This document shows, piece after piece, positions 59,594-64,000 of a stretch of 64,000 nt of DNA. The DNA comes from Hyphomicrobiales bacterium. GTDB lineage: Bacteria > Pseudomonadota > Alphaproteobacteria > Rhizobiales > Beijerinckiaceae. Position 1 is the first letter of the stretch. The number at the start of each line of letters is the position of its first letter. The DNA is taken from positions 31,749 to 95,748 of the forward strand of contig JAGWTW010000003.1 of NCBI GenBank assembly GCA_028868735.1, written 5' to 3'. The notes under the pieces are model-generated. The model did no database searches. It saw only the letters and a program-made list of their open reading frames with translations, and was not told the origin of the DNA. A program made the position numbers and the translations under genes.

Positions 59594-60501
59594 CGCAGCC
59601 TCGGGTTCAATGCATCGCGCAACCAGTCGCCGATGATATTGACGGAAAGCGCGAGCGCGGCGAGCGCGACGCCGGGAAAGAAGACGATCCACCATTCGCC
59701 GGACATCAGGTAATCATTGCCCGTGCGCACAAGCGTACCGAGGGAAGGTTGACTCGGCGGCAGGCCGACGCCGAGGAAGGACAGCGTCGCTTCGGTGATG
59801 ATGGCGAGCGCGAGATTGATCGTCGCGATCACGAGGACCGGACCGAGAACATTCGGCAGGACATGTGTAAACATGATGCGCGGCGCGGAGGCGCCGATCA
59901 ATCTTGCAGCCGCCACGTAATCCTTGTGGCGTTCGACCAGCGTCGAAGCGCGGACCGTGCGTGCATATTGCACCCAGAAGCTCAGTCCGATCGAGATAAC
60001 GAGCACCCAGAATTCGCTACCGGCGACGCGCCCGGGCCCCAGAACTGCGCGCGCCGCCCCGTTGATGAGCAGCGCGGTGAGGATCGCCGGAAAGGTGAGC
60101 TGCACGTCGGCCGCGCGCATGACGATCGCCTCGACCCGGCCCCCGAAATAGCCGGCGACGAGTCCGAGCGAGACGCCGATGACGAGCGCGAGCGCCACGG
60201 AGGCTAGACTGACGCCGATTGATATGCGAGCGCCGAAGAAGATGGCGGACAGGATATCGCGGCCCTGGCTGTCGCTGCCGAGCAGGAAGCGATGGTCGCC
60301 GCCCGACAGCCAGACCGGCGGATCCCGTGCGTCCATGAGGTCGAGCGAGGCGAGGTCGAACGGATTTTGCGGTGCGATCAGCGGCGCGAACAGCGCGCAC
60401 AGGCAGAGACCGAACGCAACTGTCGCCGCGATCATCGCGCCGGGCGAGCGCGTGAAGGACCAAAGGAGATCGGACCCGAGGATGCGGCGCAGACGGTTCA
60501 T
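59590..60501 (-). CDS. Peptide ABC transporter permease (DppC-like)
   Basis: Start at MNRLRRILG. LGSDSQGRDILSAIFFGARISI and an EAA-like region are present. Length is 303 aa. Confidence 0.88.
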   Translation of the reverse strand: MNRLRRILGSDLLWSFTRSPGAMIAATVAFGLCLCALFAPLIAPQNPFDLASLDLMDARDPPVWLSGGDHRFLLGSDSQGRDILSAIFFGARISIGVSLASVALALVIGVSLGLVAGYFGGRVEAIVMRAADVQLTFPAILTALLINGAARAVLGPGRVAGSEFWVLVISIGLSFWVQYARTVRASTLVERHKDYVAAARLIGASAPRIMFTHVLPNVLGPVLVIATINLALAIITEATLSFLGVGLPPSQPSLGTLVRTGNDYLMSGEWWIVFFPGVALAALALSVNIIGDWLRDALNPRLR

Positions 60502-61475
60502 GCCTGTGCGCTCCCGAGCCTGATCCGCGGGTCGATTGCGAGATAGAGCAGGTCGACCGTGAGGTTGATCGTCACGAAGATGATGGCGACCATCATGAGA
60601 TAGGCGGCCATCACGGGGATGTCGGCGTTCTGCACCGACGTAATGAACAATAGGCCCATGCCGGGCCACTGGAAAACGGTTTCGGTGATGATCGAGAAAG
60701 CGACGATCGAGCCGATCTGCAGGCCTATGATCGTGACGACCGGCACCAGCGTGTTCTTCAACGCATGGCGAAAGTTCACCGCGCGTTCGCTCAGACCGCG
60801 AGCGCGCGCGAATCGAATGAAATCCGCGCGCATGACCTCCAGCATTTCCGCGCGCACGAGGCGCGCGATCAGCGTGAGCTGGAACAGCCCGAGCGTGATT
60901 GACGGCATGACGAGCGCCGCGAGGCCGGATTTGGTGAGAAATCCGGTCCGCCAGAAGCCGATCTGCACGGTTTCGCCACGTCCGTAGGACGGTAGCCATT
61001 GCAGCCGCACGGCGAAGACATAGATGAGCAGGATGCCGATCAGGAAGGTCGGCAGAGAGACGCCGATCAGCGACAGAGCCATGAAGGCGCGCGACATTAA
61101 AGCTTTCGGACGAATGCCGGTGTAAGCGCCGACGGGGATGCCGACCACGATTGCGAAGATGGATGCGGCGAGCGAGAGTTCGAAAGTCGCGGGAAAGCGC
61201 GCGGCGACGAGCGTCGTCACCTTCTCCTTGAACTGGTACGACACGCCGAAGTCGAAATGCAGCGCGTTCCAGAGAAAGCGCGCAAGCTGAACTACAATCG
61301 AATCGTCGAGGCCGAGCATCTGGCGCAGCCTCTCGCGGTCAGCGACGCTCACGTCCTGCCCGACCATCTGGTTGATCGGGTCGCCGACGAATCGAAACAG
61401 CACGAACGCGATCAGCGCGACGACGACGAGGACGAGAATCGCGCCCCCGATGCGTTTCAAGACGTAGTGAAGCAT
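60498..61475 (-). CDS. Peptide ABC transporter permease (DppB-like)
   Basis: 325 aa, starting MLHYVLKRIGGAILVLVVVALIAFVLFRFVGDP. It has the typical binding-protein-dependent transport inner-membrane domain. Confidence 0.9.
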   Translation of the reverse strand: MLHYVLKRIGGAILVLVVVALIAFVLFRFVGDPINQMVGQDVSVADRERLRQMLGLDDSIVVQLARFLWNALHFDFGVSYQFKEKVTTLVAARFPATFELSLAASIFAIVVGIPVGAYTGIRPKALMSRAFMALSLIGVSLPTFLIGILLIYVFAVRLQWLPSYGRGETVQIGFWRTGFLTKSGLAALVMPSITLGLFQLTLIARLVRAEMLEVMRADFIRFARARGLSERAVNFRHALKNTLVPVVTIIGLQIGSIVAFSIITETVFQWPGMGLLFITSVQNADIPVMAAYLMMVAIIFVTINLTVDLLYLAIDPRIRLGSAQA

Positions 61476-61539
61476 CAGTGGGCGCCGCTCCCGCTCGCGC
61501 GTCCCGTATAAAGGACCCTGCGACAGGTCCGCACGCGCC

Positions 61540-63138
61540 TCACTCCGACTTCACCACCCACTGATAGAGCAGAATGTCGTCCGCGCGTTGCACGAGCTTG
61601 ACCTTCTTCGATACGCCCCACGAGAGCGCCTGCTGGTGCAGGGGAATGTGACTCACGTCGTCTGTGAGCATGCGATAGGCCTGCGTAATGTAGTCGAGGC
61701 GCTTCTCCGGATCGGTCTCGACCGAGATCTTGGGAATGAGCGCGTCAACCTTCGGATTGCAGTAGCCGCCATAGTTGAACGGCGAACCATTGCCCTTGTC
61801 GTCTCGACAGCCCGTCAGGTTCTGAAAGATGTTGAGACTGTCGAAACCGGACGGCGTCCAGCCGAGCATTCCGAAAGAGGTGTCGTAGCCGCCGGCAAGC
61901 CCGGCGCGGCCGAAGAAAACCGCCTTCGGCAGCGCCTCCAGCTTCGCTTTCACGCCGATTTTCGCGAGCATTGACGTCACCGCGAGACAGATCTGCTCGT
62001 CGTTGACGTAGCGGTCGTTCGGGCAGTGCATGGTCAGCTCGAACCCGTCCGGATAGCCTGCTTCCGCAAGCAGTTTCTTCGCATCGGCGGGATCGTAGGG
62101 CAGGCGCTTGAACTCGCCTGCGCGGCTGTAGAGCTGCGGCGTGATGAGCAGTGCGGCCGGCGTCGACATGCCGCGCATCACCTTGGTCTTGATCGCCTCG
62201 ATATCGATCGCCTCGTAGAAGGCTTTTCGCACGCGGATGTCCTTAAAAGGATTCTTACCCTTTACGGACGAATATTTCAGTTCGTCGCGTTTTTGATCCA
62301 TGAACAGATGGATCGTGCGCAATTCCGGGCCTGCGAGCATGTCGGTCGTAGAATTGCTCGCCACGCGCTGCATGTCCTGCACGGGAACCGGCTCGATCAT
62401 GTCGAGTTCACCCGAAAGGAGCGCCGCCACGCGGGTCGCGTCCTGCTTGATGGTCGTGAATACGACCTCGTCCACATTGCCCGGCGCATCCTTCCAGCCC
62501 CACCAACCCGGGTTCTTCTTGAACGTCGTCTTCACGCCGGGCTCGTGGCTCGTGATGATGTAGGGGCCGGTGCCGTTCGACTTCAGCGCGAAGGCGTTGA
62601 GCTGCGCGCCGGTCGCCGGCTGCACGTTGGTCGCGCCGTTCGCCTCCGCCCAGGATTTCGACAGGATGTACCAGGTGTCCCATTCGGCCGGCAGCGTGGG
62701 ATTGGGGCGGGCAAGCACGAAGTCGATCGTGTAGTCGTCGATTTTCTCGATTCTGGCGTCGGATGGCACGCGGGTCTTGAATTCGGATTCCGGTTGGCGC
62801 ACGCGGTCGAACGAGAAGATCACATCGTCTGCGGTAAACGGTTCGCCGCCTGCGAATTTCACGCCTCTCCGCAAATGAAAGCGCCAGCGTGTCGGTTCGG
62901 GCGTCTCCCAGCTTTCGGCGAGGCCGGGGACGATCTTGAGGTTGGCGTCCCGGCGGGTAAGGCCTTCGTAAACGTTGCCGAGCATGGCCTGGGTGAAGGT
63001 TTCATTGAGCGTGTAGGGGTCGAGGCCCTTGAGGTCGCCCTGGAAGGCGTGGCGAAACGTGACGGCGGCGGCCGGGGCGGCCGGCATTGCGAGGGCGACC
63101 CCGAGGGCGAATGCCATAAACACGGTTGTTTTTTTCAT
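61540..63138 (-). CDS. Peptide/nickel-type (family 5) ABC transporter substrate-binding protein
   Basis: The start MKKTTVFMAFALGVALAMPAAPAAA is a signal peptide. The rest of track ORF 61540..63987 upstream of it is non-coding-like. The family 5 core is GLTRRDANLKIVPGLAESWE. Length is 532 aa. Confidence 0.9.
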   Translation of the reverse strand: MKKTTVFMAFALGVALAMPAAPAAAVTFRHAFQGDLKGLDPYTLNETFTQAMLGNVYEGLTRRDANLKIVPGLAESWETPEPTRWRFHLRRGVKFAGGEPFTADDVIFSFDRVRQPESEFKTRVPSDARIEKIDDYTIDFVLARPNPTLPAEWDTWYILSKSWAEANGATNVQPATGAQLNAFALKSNGTGPYIITSHEPGVKTTFKKNPGWWGWKDAPGNVDEVVFTTIKQDATRVAALLSGELDMIEPVPVQDMQRVASNSTTDMLAGPELRTIHLFMDQKRDELKYSSVKGKNPFKDIRVRKAFYEAIDIEAIKTKVMRGMSTPAALLITPQLYSRAGEFKRLPYDPADAKKLLAEAGYPDGFELTMHCPNDRYVNDEQICLAVTSMLAKIGVKAKLEALPKAVFFGRAGLAGGYDTSFGMLGWTPSGFDSLNIFQNLTGCRDDKGNGSPFNYGGYCNPKVDALIPKISVETDPEKRLDYITQAYRMLTDDVSHIPLHQQALSWGVSKKVKLVQRADDILLYQWVVKSE

Positions 63139-63381
63139 TTGAAAGCCCTCGATCCCGACCTGCGCTTCCGGCAGCGCGGCTTCTCGCATTTTCGTCACGT
63201 CCGCTCGCGCGGCGCAAGGGCGTCCGGCCGCGCGCGGCTGCTGAAAGGTCAGGCCGTATCGGCTATCCTTGCGGCAGTCAGCCCGAACGTTATTCAAAAA
63301 ATGAATAGGTCTCCGGTCCAAACGAAATCGACGGGCGCCGCGGGGACCCGTATGACCAGGGGCAATAGCGAGGAAAAGCCC

Positions 63382-64000
63382 ATGAAAGTCTGTGTGGCCG
63401 GCGCCAGCGGCGCCTTCGGCATCAAGCATCTCGACGCCATCAAGAATATTCCCGGGGTAGAGGTCACCTCGATTGTCGGCGGCCGGACCGGAGACCTCGA
63501 AGGTTTCGCCAAGGAGCGGGGCGTCAAGCACTGGACGACGGATCTCAACGAAAGCCTTGCGCGTAGCGACGTCGACGCGGTCATCCTGTCGACGCCAACG
63601 CAAATGCATGCGGCCCAGGGCATCGCCTGCATGAAGGCTGGCAAGCATGTTCTGATCGAAATCCCGATGGCCGACAGCCTTGCCGATTCGGAAGCGCTCG
63701 TGCGGACGCAGAAGGAGACCGGCGTCGTCGGCATGGCCGGCCATGTGCGGCGCTTCAATCCGAGCCATCAATGGGTGCACAACAAAATCAAAAAGGGCGA
63801 GCTGAAAATCCAGCAGATGGACGTGCAGACCTATTTCTTCCGTCGCACCAACACCAATGCGGCAGGACAGGCGCGCAGCTGGACCGATCATCTCCTGTGG
63901 CATCACGCCTGCCACACCGTCGATCTCTTCCAGTACCAGACGGGCGAGGAGCCCGCCAAGGTGTTCGGGCTCGAGGGCCCGCATCATCCCGATCTCAAGA
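63382..64000 (+). CDS. Gfo/Idh/MocA-family oxidoreductase, N-terminal part; 3' end outside the window
   Basis: Absent from the ORF track because no stop falls in the window. My translation from the ATG at 63382 is MKVCVAGASGAFGIKHLDAIKNIPGVEVTSIVGG...AVILSTPTQMHAAQGIACMKAGKHVLIEIPMA. Confidence 0.8.
   Translation, partial: MKVCVAGASGAFGIKHLDAIKNIPGVEVTSIVGGRTGDLEGFAKERGVKHWTTDLNESLARSDVDAVILSTPTQMHAAQGIACMKAGKHVLIEIPMADSLADSEALVRTQKETGVVGMAGHVRRFNPSHQWVHNKIKKGELKIQQMDVQTYFFRRTNTNAAGQARSWTDHLLWHHACHTVDLFQYQTGEEPAKVFGLEGPHHPDLK

Noticed and set aside
1-64000. I looked for tRNA, rRNA, CRISPR arrays, IS elements/transposases, integrases, phage genes and known defence-system genes.
   Set aside because: I could find no cloverleaf-like or rRNA-like segments, no regularly spaced direct repeats, and no transposase, integrase or recombinase-like ORFs. 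This was an eye scan only; tRNAscan, Infernal and IS or defence finders would be decisive.

Overview
The window is a visibly high-GC chromosomal segment (GC not computed). It looks alphaproteobacterial and Hyphomicrobiales-like, judging by an Irr/ICE-type box, a sigma-E/ChrR module and the gene families present. I support about 70 protein-coding genes. They are densely packed and many are translationally coupled through ATGA, GTGA, TTGA or TGATG stop/start overlaps. I recognised no rRNA, tRNA, CRISPR array, transposase, integrase or phage genes.

Main modules, left to right:
1. A small secreted His/Trp/Gly-repeat peptide gene beside GMC oxidoreductase, hydrolase and dehydrogenase genes.
2. An ArsR-AHSA1-GNAT operon.
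3. An rpoE-chrR (ECF sigma / ZAS anti-sigma) divergon with mirrored TGATCC-N16-CGTA promoters. It drives DUF1295 plus a membrane desaturase on one side and an FAD oxidoreductase plus DUF1365 on the other.
4. A rubrerythrin / HdrD-like Fe-S protein / DUF3501 operon behind an ICE-like (Irr) box.
5. A MarR-linked Rieske oxygenase with an orphan solute-binding protein.
6. A TTQ amine dehydrogenase cluster (mauB-E-D-A order plus a monohaem cytochrome c), with no mauG, mauF or amicyanin gene in the window.
7. An aminotransferase / GntR / large FAD-FeS 2-hydroxyacid oxidase region.
8. An amino-acid uptake / racemase / DadA-like operon.
9. ilvD.
10. An amidohydrolase coupled to a COG0523 GTPase.
11. 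AidB-like, DTW, SlyX, MFS, CBS-BON and amidase genes.
12. An Fnr-type regulator, YgiQ radical SAM, and ccmG-ccmF with an FNR/FixK-type box.
13. LysR plus ligAB.
14. An AhpD-like/rhodanese pair.
15. A dpp-type peptide ABC operon.

Signs of gene decay or sequence error are also present. Three apparent single-base deletions split two genes, an MFS gene carries an in-frame internal deletion, and a 5'-truncated cytochrome b561 remnant has an in-frame stop. All functional calls rest on my reading of the translated ORFs and motifs; no database search was run.
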